Source: a virus (taxonomy: Duplodnaviria; Heunggongvirae; Uroviricota; Caudoviricetes). From it: 9,386 bases of DNA. The notes beneath the pieces were generated by a model. It made no database searches, had not been told where the DNA came from, and was given only the letters and a program-made list of their open reading frames with translations. How positions within the stretch are numbered: position 1 is the stretch's first letter; every line of letters begins with the position of its first letter. The position numbers were made by a program, and so were the translations under genes. Shown piece by piece: positions 1-6,765 of the stretch. The stretch lies in the IMG/VR virus record IMGVR_UViG_2706794695_000003. One strand, written 5' to 3'.

Positions 1-20
1 AGAGCCTGTCCAATGTGCAT
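1..20 (-). CDS. Possible 5' end of the next head-module gene (partial, runs off the window)
   Basis: ATG at 20..18 on the minus strand directly after the T-run of the hairpin at 27..54; frame stays open to the window edge. Only 6 codons are visible and there is no clear Shine-Dalgarno, so identity and reality are unknown. Confidence 0.2.
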
Positions 21-54
21 AAAAAAATCCGGAAACAAGTGAGCGTTTCCGGAT
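21..54 (-). terminator. Intrinsic-terminator-like hairpin downstream of the portal gene
   Basis: Perfect 10-bp stem (27..36 atccggaaac pairs with 45..54 gtttccggat) with an 8-nt loop; on the minus strand it is followed by a run of 7 T (forward 21..27 is A-rich). Lies about 35 nt after the portal stop at 88..90. Confidence 0.5.
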
Positions 55-87
55 TCTTACACAGCCACTGGATCGGTCAACTGATCC

Positions 88-1335
88 TTAACTGATCGGC
101 ATTACACCACCGGGACGCGGATTCATATCTTCCAGGTCGCGGCAGTCATTGGAAGAGTAAATTCCCCAGTTGATCCCGGTGGCGTAGGCTTCAAAACGGG
201 ACTTCATATCCCCGCGCAGTAACGCCCCGGCGTTAAATTTGGCGTAATAAACGCCCTGCTTACTTTTTCGTACCAGTCCGGTGTTGATCCGCTGTTCGAT
301 GCGGGTCAGATACGGCACCAGTGAATAGTTGATAAATCCCAGCCCCAGCTCTTCGATATTGTTGAAGGTGGCGCGATCGGTGTTCTGCACCATGTGCAAC
401 GGCACCCGGAACAGACGACAGATTTCTTCCAGCTGAAACTTGCGGGTTTCCAGGAACTGACTGTCCTCGGCGTTCAGCGCCATCGACTTCCAGTCCAGCC
501 CCATTTCCAGAATCATCGGGCGGTGAGCATTGCCAAGCCCCGTGTGACACTCCTCAAAATCTTTCTTCAGACGCTCGTAAGCATCCGGCGTGAGCTTTTG
601 TTCCGTACGCAACACACCGGATGTCACCGCACCATTACTAAACAACCTGGCACCGTGCTCCTCGGTTGCCGCTGCCAGTGAAATGGCCTCACGCGCATAC
701 GCAATGGGATTCAGCCCGACAAGTCCATCCAGCGTCAGGGTGCGCACATGCCAGATTTCATTCTGGGTCAACACATCCACGGAACCATCCGGAAACGTCA
801 CCTGATAAACCGGCTGCCACTGGCTGTTCAGCTTCGGTTCCACACAGCCCGGATCTATCGGAAGAAGCTCCACCACTTCTCCCAGTGCCTTTACCTTGTA
901 GGCGTAAAAATTCCCCCGTAGACACAGGCAGACAATAACCAGCTCCCAGAATTCCTGCGGTGTCATGTAGCCATTAGGTTTTGCCGAAACCAACTTATGC
1001 AGTCGTTCATCCACCGCCCGTGTTTTCAGGGTACCGCTGATTTTGTAGAGACTGCAGGGCAGCATACCAACAGACTCTGCCAGCACCCTGACGCAAGAAT
1101 AGACCGCCGTCAGGCGCATGGCCCGCTGGCTACTGATCCGCTTTCCGGTATAGGTGTCGTATGACAGCCCGATAGCATCAGCAGTTCTGCTGGCGTGGTC
1201 ACCGGCACATCGCTTTTTCGTTGAAATAATCCCGAAAAGAACACTATTTACCTCCGCCGACAGACTGCCGTGTACGGTCGAGATATCGCGCCACCAGCCA
1301 CGACCAGAACAGGCACAGCGCCCCGGCAACAACAA
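88..1335 (-). CDS. Phage portal protein (HK97-family type); true start uncertain
   Basis: 415-codon ORF with a portal-like core (…[28 protein letters not shown]…) sitting immediately after the terminase large subunit and a small ORF. The track start at 1335 is TTG and overlaps the upstream small ORF by 92 nt; the only in-frame ATG is at 1119..1117 with no Shine-Dalgarno. Stop TAA at 90..88. Confidence 0.8.
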   Translation of the reverse strand: MLLPGRCACSGRGWWRDISTVHGSLSAEVNSVLFGIISTKKRCAGDHASRTADAIGLSYDTYTGKRISSQRAMRLTAVYSCVRVLAESVGMLPCSLYKISGTLKTRAVDERLHKLVSAKPNGYMTPQEFWELVIVCLCLRGNFYAYKVKALGEVVELLPIDPGCVEPKLNSQWQPVYQVTFPDGSVDVLTQNEIWHVRTLTLDGLVGLNPIAYAREAISLAAATEEHGARLFSNGAVTSGVLRTEQKLTPDAYERLKKDFEECHTGLGNAHRPMILEMGLDWKSMALNAEDSQFLETRKFQLEEICRLFRVPLHMVQNTDRATFNNIEELGLGFINYSLVPYLTRIEQRINTGLVRKSKQGVYYAKFNAGALLRGDMKSRFEAYATGINWGIYSSNDCRDLEDMNPRPGGVMPIS

Positions 1336-1426
1336 AACCCGCCGGGGGATAAATCAGCCAGGCACCATACGCCAGCAAAAGCGCACCCAGCACGCCCACC
1401 AGAGGCGCGAGAATCAGCATGATCAT
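1244..1426 (-). CDS. Small membrane protein, two predicted transmembrane helices (possibly the DUF1056-like ORF often found between terminase and portal)
   Basis: 60-aa ORF, ATG at 1426..1424 preceded by GAGGT 7 nt upstream; two hydrophobic stretches ([21 protein letters not shown] and [17 protein letters not shown]). Starts 11 nt after the terminase-large stop. Family assignment is from memory. Confidence 0.55.
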   Translation of the reverse strand: MIMLILAPLVGVLGALLLAYGAWLIYPPAGFVVAGALCLFWSWLVARYLDRTRQSVGGGK

Positions 1427-1437
1427 AATTACCTCAG

Positions 1438-3171
1438 TTAAAGCGAGCGGATCCCGTAGGACTCAATGTGGTCAGACAGCGTGTCTTCTTTCTCGTACAG
1501 CATGGCTCTGCCAACCGCCATAATCAGCGCAACTGCACCATCGATTTTGTTTTCCGCCTGCTCTTTGACGGGTTTCACCACATCATCGTTACCCGGCATG
1601 TTTTTGCCGACCACGTTGCCGATACACCAGGTCATGATGGGATTGCCGTCATGATGAAAACGTCCCGATTCAATCGCTGCTTCCAGCTCTTTCATCGGAT
1701 CGGACATATTGGTGAAGTTCTGGACGATAGTGACGGGATTCAGGTCTTCATCAGCAAGGTCATGTGACAACCCGGTCGCCCCGAAGGGGTCGATGGGTGA
1801 CTCACTGACCGGGCTGATTTTGTTCGCCGCTTTGGCCTCCTCGAGGATGTAGCGATAATCCACCTCCGCACCATCGGTAACGGTCAGAACGCCCATTTCC
1901 ACCCATTTCTGAAAGCGTTCGGCTGTCCGTCGATCTTCATTTTTCTCGACGCTGTACACCGTGTCATACGGTACCCAGAAACGCGGGGCCACACTGTAGT
2001 AATGCGTTTTACCGTCAATCTCGCGGGTATAAAGTCGCGCCATGCTGTTCATATCCAGCTTACGCGCCAGGTCAAAGGCCAGAATGCACGGCTGCCCCTC
2101 GAACTGCTCAAGGGTCAGTGATTTATCCTCGCAGCTCTGCCAGCTCACCAAGTTGAAATACGCCGAACGCGCCGACACCCAGATATTGAGGTGTTTTGTT
2201 TTAAAGACGTTTGCCAGACGGGCGTTATTTTTCGCACGCTGCTGCTGACTTAACAAAAATTCGCGATAAACCGACACGCCAATATTTGGATTGGCTTTTT
2301 CCAGCACCTGCGGGCCGGTCCAGTCGTCACCTTCATCAACGGTATAGATGATCCCGAACAGTTCATCGTTAGGCACCGAGCCGTTGAGCATCTCGATGAC
2401 TTCCCGCCGCTTGTCGTAGCACGGCCCCTCAATGTTGTACCCGGCGGTGGTGATGGCCCACATCAGTGGCTGACGTCGCGCCCCCATCCCGGTAAGCATT
2501 GTGGTATAAAGCGCATCGGTGGCATGCTCGTGATATTCATCAACCACGGCACAGTGGGGTGATGAACCATCACCTGGGTTGCCGATCAGCGGTTCAAACC
2601 GCGCGCCATCCTCCGGACGGTTCATGTTTGAGGCGTTAACCTCAATCCCGAACGCTTCCGTCAGCATGGGTGTGCGTTTACACATCAGTCGCGCCGGGCG
2701 AAAGACTTCCCACGCCTGTTTCTCTGTCGTGGCACCGGAATACACTTCCGCGCCAAACTCGTTATCACAGGCAAAACAATACAGGGCAACACCGGCAGAG
2801 ATTGCTGATTTGCCGTTCTTACGGGGGATTTCGGTGTACACCTCCCGGAAGCGGCGCAACCGGGTGCCTTTATTGACCCAGCCAAACGCACAGCAGATCA
2901 CAAATAGCTGCCACGGCTCCAGCGTGATGGGCATCCGTTTGAATGCCCACTCCCCCTTGGTGTGCGGCAACAGCTGAATAAATTTCGCGGCCCGTTCAGC
3001 CAGGTCCTTGTCGAAGCGGTAACGAAACGACTTACTTTTTTCCGCCATCAGGTCATCAAGATGGCGCTGGCAGGCCTGAATCACAAACTGGCAGGCAACA
3101 ATCTTTCCGCGCACGACATCCCGGGCATACTGATTTGCAGCATTTACGTTGGGGTAAGATTTCCGGCTCAT
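1438..3171 (-). CDS. terL: Terminase large subunit
   Basis: 577-aa ORF with a Walker-A-like motif (EIPRKNGKS) and a nuclease-like C-terminal half; ATG at 3171..3169 overlaps the stop of the upstream small-subunit gene (ATGA). Gene order HNH, terS, terL, portal is typical of HK97-like packaging modules. Confidence 0.92.
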   Translation of the reverse strand: MSRKSYPNVNAANQYARDVVRGKIVACQFVIQACQRHLDDLMAEKSKSFRYRFDKDLAERAAKFIQLLPHTKGEWAFKRMPITLEPWQLFVICCAFGWVNKGTRLRRFREVYTEIPRKNGKSAISAGVALYCFACDNEFGAEVYSGATTEKQAWEVFRPARLMCKRTPMLTEAFGIEVNASNMNRPEDGARFEPLIGNPGDGSSPHCAVVDEYHEHATDALYTTMLTGMGARRQPLMWAITTAGYNIEGPCYDKRREVIEMLNGSVPNDELFGIIYTVDEGDDWTGPQVLEKANPNIGVSVYREFLLSQQQRAKNNARLANVFKTKHLNIWVSARSAYFNLVSWQSCEDKSLTLEQFEGQPCILAFDLARKLDMNSMARLYTREIDGKTHYYSVAPRFWVPYDTVYSVEKNEDRRTAERFQKWVEMGVLTVTDGAEVDYRYILEEAKAANKISPVSESPIDPFGATGLSHDLADEDLNPVTIVQNFTNMSDPMKELEAAIESGRFHHDGNPIMTWCIGNVVGKNMPGNDDVVKPVKEQAENKIDGAVALIMAVGRAMLYEKEDTLSDHIESYGIRSL

Positions 3172-3662
3172 GATTCGATAATTTTCAGAAACGGGTTAGT
3201 GGCTTTCTTCTGCCCCGCCAGGCCAATCAGACGCTGGCGGCTGCTGGGGTCGAGTCCGAGCATTGCCCCCGTGCTGCTCATCTCGGACTCCTGTTCTTTT
3301 TTGGCGGTCAGCTCCGGATTTTTGACCCTGCCGCCCATTGCACCGGTGATGGTGTTGCCCTGTATGGCAATATTTTTCACGGCACGTCGCCAGAACTCAT
3401 AGGCCACGCACCACCGCTCAAGTACCGCCAGGTCAGTCACGCACAGCAGGCCCTGACCGCAGAGTTCTTTGGTTGTCAGTTGCCACATGATCGTGGCGAG
3501 AGGGAGATCTTCTTCAGCGAACCACTCTGGTGGCTCAACACCTTTGATGGGCGTAAAAACAGGTTCATCTTTGTTCAGGGCTCGCTTGCCGGGGTTTCCG
3601 GCCAGCGCCTTGCGCGCCGTTGGCTTGGGGCGACGCCCGGAACGCCCCGCCGTTCCAGCCAT
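3168..3662 (-). CDS. terS: Terminase small subunit (P27-family-like)
   Basis: Basic, Gly/Pro-rich N-terminus ([29 protein letters not shown]…) typical of P27-type small subunits. The track start at 3671 is a GTG inside the Shine-Dalgarno; the real start is taken as ATG 3662..3660, with AGGAG 8 nt upstream. Stop TGA 3170..3168 overlaps the terL ATG. Confidence 0.8.
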   Translation of the reverse strand: MAGTAGRSGRRPKPTARKALAGNPGKRALNKDEPVFTPIKGVEPPEWFAEEDLPLATIMWQLTTKELCGQGLLCVTDLAVLERWCVAYEFWRRAVKNIAIQGNTITGAMGGRVKNPELTAKKEQESEMSSTGAMLGLDPSSRQRLIGLAGQKKATNPFLKIIES

Positions 3663-3704
3663 ATGCGGCACTCCTGGTTAAATTTCATTTTTCGCGGGTA
3701 TAAA

Positions 3705-3765
3705 AAAACGATGGGGCGGGCAGTCCGGAAGACGTCAGGTCACAGGGATTTGCCCCGCCCCTCCC
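3705..3765. other. GC-rich dyad between the HNH and terS genes; candidate cos site or terminator
   Basis: 8-bp G/C arms (3713..3720 ggggcggg, 3754..3761 cccgcccc) flank about 33 bp that contain GACGTC. On the minus strand the 3' arm is followed by ATCG and a run of 7 T. In HK97-like phages cos lies between the HNH gene and the small terminase gene. Confidence 0.3.
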
Positions 3766-3783
3766 TACAAGTGAGAATAATTA

Positions 3784-4134
3784 TCACCGGATTCGTTCGC
3801 GCGCTGTTTTCGCTTTATGGCAGGGCCAGCACAGACTCTGCAGGTTGCTGTCTGCGTCTGTTCCGCCATGCGCTTTCGGGATGATGTGGTCGACGGTTTT
3901 CGCCTCGCTCACCACACCGACACGCAGACACAACTGACACAGACCTTTATCGCGCTTCAGAATACGGGCACGAATCACCGTCCATTTTGAGCCATAGCCA
4001 CGCTGGTGGCGGCTCAGTCCGCGCTGGTGCTGCACCCAGCCTTCACCGCGATGTTTATCGCAGTAACCCGAACTGTCTGTGGTTGTACCTGCACATCCAC
4101 GCTTACGGCAGGCACGTGGGATTAGTGATGGCAT
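3784..4134 (-). CDS. Phage HNH endonuclease (terminase-associated)
   Basis: 116-aa ORF rich in Cys/His (…CDKHRGEGW…, …DHIIPKAHGG…NLQSLCWPCHKAKT…) with a zinc-binding HNH fold pattern; ATG 4134..4132 with GAGGT 4 nt upstream; directly upstream of terS as in HK97-like phages. Confidence 0.88.
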   Translation of the reverse strand: MPSLIPRACRKRGCAGTTTDSSGYCDKHRGEGWVQHQRGLSRHQRGYGSKWTVIRARILKRDKGLCQLCLRVGVVSEAKTVDHIIPKAHGGTDADSNLQSLCWPCHKAKTARERIR

Positions 4135-4176
4135 AAATACCTCATACCCTGCGAAATGTTTACCACGATAAAAAGG

Positions 4177-4425
4177 CTACTTAATGCACTGAGTGCGGAT
4201 ATACTCCTGTGCCCCTTCCAGTTGCATCTGCATCGTCATCAGCCGCTCTCTGAGGGTGAAATAATCCCGTTCAGCGGTGTCTGCCAGTCGGGGGCTGGTT
4301 GCATTATCCACGCCGGAGGCGGTGGTGGCTTCACGCACTGACTGACAGACTGCTTTGATGTGCAACCGACGACGACCAGCGGCAACATCAGCGCGCAGAG
4401 TTTCATTTTCAGCTTTCGCATCAGC
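4177..4425 (-). CDS. Rz: i-spanin Rz, C-terminal 82 codons (5' part lost in the N-masked gap)
   Basis: Visible translation ADAKAENETLRADVAAGRRRLHIKAVCQSVREATTASGVDNATSPRLADTAERDYFTLRERL… closely matches my recollection of the lambda Rz C-terminal half. The upstream end runs into the N-run at 4426. Confidence 0.85.
   Translation of the reverse strand, partial: ADAKAENETLRADVAAGRRRLHIKAVCQSVREATTASGVDNATSPRLADTAERDYFTLRERLMTMQMQLEGAQEYIRTQCIK
4239..4421 (-). CDS. Rz1: o-spanin Rz1 lipoprotein, embedded in the +1 frame of Rz
   Basis: 60-aa ORF MRKLKMKLCALMLPLVVVGCTSKQ…PPPPP… with a lipobox (VVGC) and a proline run; ATG at 4421..4419 lies just outside the N-run; wholly inside Rz in another frame, as in lambda. 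Confidence 0.8.
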   Translation of the reverse strand: MRKLKMKLCALMLPLVVVGCTSKQSVSQCVKPPPPPAWIMQPAPDWQTPLNGIISPSESG

Positions 4426-4700
4426 NNNNNNNNNNNNNNNNNNNNNNNNNNNNNNNNNNNNNNNNNNNNNNNNNNNNNNNNNNNNNNNNNNNNNNNNNNN
4501 NNNNNNNNNNNNNNNNNNNNNNNNNNNNNNNNNNNNNNNNNNNNNNNNNNNNNNNNNNNNNNNNNNNNNNNNNNNNNNNNNNNNNNNNNNNNNNNNNNNN
4601 NNNNNNNNNNNNNNNNNNNNNNNNNNNNNNNNNNNNNNNNNNNNNNNNNNNNNNNNNNNNNNNNNNNNNNNNNNNNNNNNNNNNNNNNNNNNNNNNNNNN
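4426..4700. other. N-masked gap (275 N)
   Basis: Run of n. Hides the body and 3' end of the endolysin gene and the 5' part of Rz. Confidence 1.
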
Positions 4701-4790
4701 ACCACCTGGGCCAGTGATTAACACAGATGCTATAGCAACAGCCCCACCACCAATAGCAGCTGCAACAGCCTTGCGTAATGATGGCGACAT
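4701..4790 (-). CDS. SAR endolysin (phage-21 R-type lysozyme), N-terminal 30 codons only; remainder masked
   Basis: ATG 4790..4788 overlaps the holin stop (TAATG). [30 protein letters not shown] is a Gly/Ala-rich weakly hydrophobic signal-anchor-release segment, matching my recollection of the phage 21 R N-terminus. Confidence 0.7.
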
Positions 4791-4963
4791 TATTCACCTC
4801 TCGCAGCCTTACGCTTGTCTTCTCTTATTTTGAAATACAGATTTGTCAGATAAGTCAGAAGCCCCAGAAGCAGACTTCCCAGCACACCAATCGCAGCCCA
4901 CTGTGATGGACTGACCTGATCCAACCACTGCAAAAACCAGTAGCCGGCACTGCCGGCGGAGGT
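4790..4963 (-). CDS. Pinholin (phage-21 S-type holin), C-terminal 57 codons; N-terminus masked
   Basis: Visible translation [57 protein letters not shown] has two transmembrane segments and a charged tail, matching my recollection of phage 21 S (about 68-71 aa); stop TAA 4792..4790. Confidence 0.8.
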   Translation of the reverse strand, partial: TSAGSAGYWFLQWLDQVSPSQWAAIGVLGSLLLGLLTYLTNLYFKIREDKRKAARGE

Positions 4964-5192
4964 NNNNNNNNNNNNNNNNNNNNNNNNNNNNNNNNNNNNN
5001 NNNNNNNNNNNNNNNNNNNNNNNNNNNNNNNNNNNNNNNNNNNNNNNNNNNNNNNNNNNNNNNNNNNNNNNNNNNNNNNNNNNNNNNNNNNNNNNNNNNN
5101 NNNNNNNNNNNNNNNNNNNNNNNNNNNNNNNNNNNNNNNNNNNNNNNNNNNNNNNNNNNNNNNNNNNNNNNNNNNNNNNNNNNNNNNNNNNN
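4964..5192. other. N-masked gap (229 N)
   Basis: Run of n. Hides the holin start and whatever lies between the tRNA cluster and the holin. Confidence 1.
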
Positions 5193-5255
5193 GAGTCAGA
5201 CATTCCCACACAATATTGTGTCAGTGCAAATAACAACCTTCGTCTCAAATCTCGC

Positions 5256-5330
<75 letters not shown>

Positions 5331-5333
5331 ATA

Positions 5334-5409
<76 letters not shown>

Positions 5410-5411
5410 GC

Positions 5412-5488
5412 TGGCCCACCACCGAGGACTCGAACCTCGCACCGTCAACTTAGAAGGTTGATGCTCTATCCGGATGAGCTAGTGGTGG
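5412..5488 (-). tRNA. tRNA-Arg (anticodon UCU)
   Basis: 77-nt cloverleaf: acceptor CCACCAC/GTGGTGG (unusual C1-G72), D-stem GCTC/GAGC, anticodon stem TCAAC/GTTGA, loop CTTCTAA, T-arm CGAGG-TTCGAGT-CCTCG, CCA encoded. Confidence 0.75.
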
Positions 5489-5489
5489 T

Positions 5490-5566
5490 TGGTGGCCCTT
5501 GCTGGACTTGAACCAGCGACCTGGCGATTATGAGTCGCTCGCTCTGACCAACTGAGCTAAAGGGCC
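5490..5566 (-). tRNA. tRNA with anticodon CAU; likely Ile2 (lysidine, ileX/ileZ-like) rather than Met
   Basis: 77-nt cloverleaf: acceptor GGCCCTT/AAGGGCC, D-arm GCTC-AGTTGGTCA-GAGC, anticodon loop CTCATAA, T-arm GCTGG-TTCAAGT-CCAGC, CCA encoded. Overall close to my recollection of E. coli ileX. Confidence 0.75.
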
Positions 5567-5575
5567 GGAGGCAGA

Positions 5576-5604
5576 ATAATAACCATATGTCATCACATCT
5601 GCAA
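5576..5604 (-). promoter_or_regulatory. Candidate sigma70 promoter for the tRNA cluster
   Basis: Minus strand: -35 TTGCAG (5604..5599), 17-nt spacer, -10 TATTAT (5581..5576), ending 9 nt before the first tRNA 5' end at 5566. Match by eye only. Confidence 0.3.
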
Positions 5605-5652
5605 ACTCATCTGACCACCAGCACGTTTAACGTCCTGTGCCGTTTTTCAGGT

Positions 5653-5680
5653 ATAAAAAAACCCGCTCATCGGCGGGTTT
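5653..5680 (-). terminator. Rho-independent terminator downstream of the ORF6N-domain gene
   Basis: Minus strand: stem ACCCGC/GCGGGT (forward 5661..5678) with a 6-nt loop, followed by 8 T (forward A-run 5653..5660). Confidence 0.6.
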
Positions 5681-5755
5681 AAGCTGTGTGGCGTAGTAAC
5701 CACTCTTAACAGGATATTCAACTTTTTACGATCGTAAAGTTTTCGGAAAAAATTT

Positions 5756-6319
5756 TTAAAACCGCATCAACCGCTCCACCAGTTGCTCTTTACGGGCAAC
5801 GATCCACCCGTGTTGCTCCAGATAAAATTTAAACCGTTCCAGAGTACATACCATCGCATCGGCGGGTACCTTTTCCGTGAACTCAACCTGACCGTGTTTA
5901 TCGAAGTGGCTCAGTAATGCGCATCCATCATTTTCGATAGATGTGTTTTGTGCCGCTGGTGGCTGTTTCTGGTTGAAATAACAGTCTTCCAGTTTTTCGA
6001 ACACTTCCCACGCCTGATCGGTTTCGAGCATTTTGGCGTGACGGGCTGCGCCACGTTCTGTCCAGAGGATGAGGGAGCGAACGTTACGGGCAATTTTCAC
6101 AGAAACTCTTAAAGAGTTTTCGTTCTTCAACTCTCGTAACGCATCACCTTCTATCAGGAAAAAATGTTTACCTTCTATAAACCGTTCTTTGTTTCGATTG
6201 AAATTGTTTGTCAAACGCTGGCGCTCTGTTCCGTACAAATCAGCCAGCAGCTCTGTTGTCATGACAGGAAGATGGTTATGCGTAAGTGACGGGAGTTTTT
6301 CAATAGACGTGCGATTCAT
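5756..6319 (-). CDS. ORF6N-domain protein (antirepressor-like DNA-binding N-terminus, C-terminal domain of unknown function); accessory cargo gene
   Basis: ORF open from 6517 (GTG) to stop TAA 5758..5756. Preferred start is ATG 6319..6317, with AAGGA 7 nt upstream, giving 187 aa. The N-terminus (…LPVMTTELLADLYGTERQRLTNNFNRNKERFIEGKHFFLIEGDALRELK…) fits the ORF6N pattern as I recall it; the C-terminal ~100 aa is unrecognised. Confidence 0.7.
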   Translation of the reverse strand: MNRTSIEKLPSLTHNHLPVMTTELLADLYGTERQRLTNNFNRNKERFIEGKHFFLIEGDALRELKNENSLRVSVKIARNVRSLILWTERGAARHAKMLETDQAWEVFEKLEDCYFNQKQPPAAQNTSIENDGCALLSHFDKHGQVEFTEKVPADAMVCTLERFKFYLEQHGWIVARKEQLVERLMRF

Positions 6320-6525
6320 AGACATGTCCTTTCGAATATTTTGATTTACCCCTTTTGAGAGGGTGACCGGGCGCTCAAAACCGTCGAAAGTCGGCGGGCG
6401 TATTTCCATTGCTGGTATTGTATTAGCCGCACACCCGGTCATAAACCAAGAATTCTGGACACAAAAAAACCACATGGCTATCGGGTGTGGATACCGCTTT
6501 CGAGGTGTTTTGAGCACCGCGGGGA

Positions 6526-6554
6526 AATGTAAACTGCAAACCTGAAACTGTCAA
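6526..6554 (-). promoter_or_regulatory. Candidate sigma70 promoter upstream of the ORF6N-domain gene
   Basis: Minus strand: perfect -35 TTGACA (6554..6549), 17-nt spacer, -10 TACATT (6531..6526). The -35 lies inside the 7-bp inverted repeat AACCTGA-N14-TCAGGTT (forward 6539..6566). Confidence 0.35.
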
Positions 6555-6679
6555 CACCGTCAGGTTCCAATCATCGGGTGGTGAGACGCACAGGGTTGGA
6601 ACTACCGGGAAACCGACCGGCGAGCTTTTCAGCTCCCCCATGCGCCCCACCATAATTCAGATGTGCGCGTGCATACGAC

Positions 6680-6704
6680 AATAAAAAACACGCTCGCGGC
6701 GTGT
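6680..6704 (-). terminator. tR'-like intrinsic terminator ending a short pR' leader RNA
   Basis: Minus strand: stem ACACGC/GCGTGT (forward 6688..6704) with a 5-nt loop, followed by TTTTTTATT; about 75-80 nt downstream of the predicted pR' start. Confidence 0.6.
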
Positions 6705-6765
6705 GTCTGTCGCGGTCTCTATCCGGGGTTCCAATCCCGACGCCAGATTTTGCTGGCGCGTGAGG

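Noticed and set aside
1242-1244. GTG 8 nt after GGAGG as the portal start
   Set aside because: It is out of frame with the long portal ORF and terminates after about 44 codons; kept as a finding about a possible frameshift rather than annotated as the start.
3669-3671. GTG at 3671 as the terS start (as drawn in the track)
   Set aside because: The GTG lies inside the AGGAG Shine-Dalgarno; ATG at 3662 has correct spacing.
4177-5248. Track ORFs drawn through the N-runs (4177..4797, 4239..4790, 4355..4717, 4360..4833, 4421..4705, 4790..5248, 4855..5211)
   Set aside because: Their continuity relies on translating N as X. The real genes are the separate fragments either side of each gap, and the N-run length is demonstrably not faithful.
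6320-6517. N-terminal extension of the ORF6N gene back to GTG 6517 (253 aa), and of the helicase back to 9333 (510 aa)
   Set aside because: The extensions are Cys/Trp/Arg-rich with no ribosome-binding site, whereas internal ATGs at 6319 and 9192 have well-spaced Shine-Dalgarno sequences. The long forms cannot be fully excluded.
6721-6746. tRNA-like 3' motif on the plus strand (ccggggttccaatcccgacgcca), as a possible att core or tRNA fragment
   Set aside because: No complementary acceptor or T-stem pairing can be built around it, and on the minus strand it is simply the second leader hairpin of the pR' transcript.
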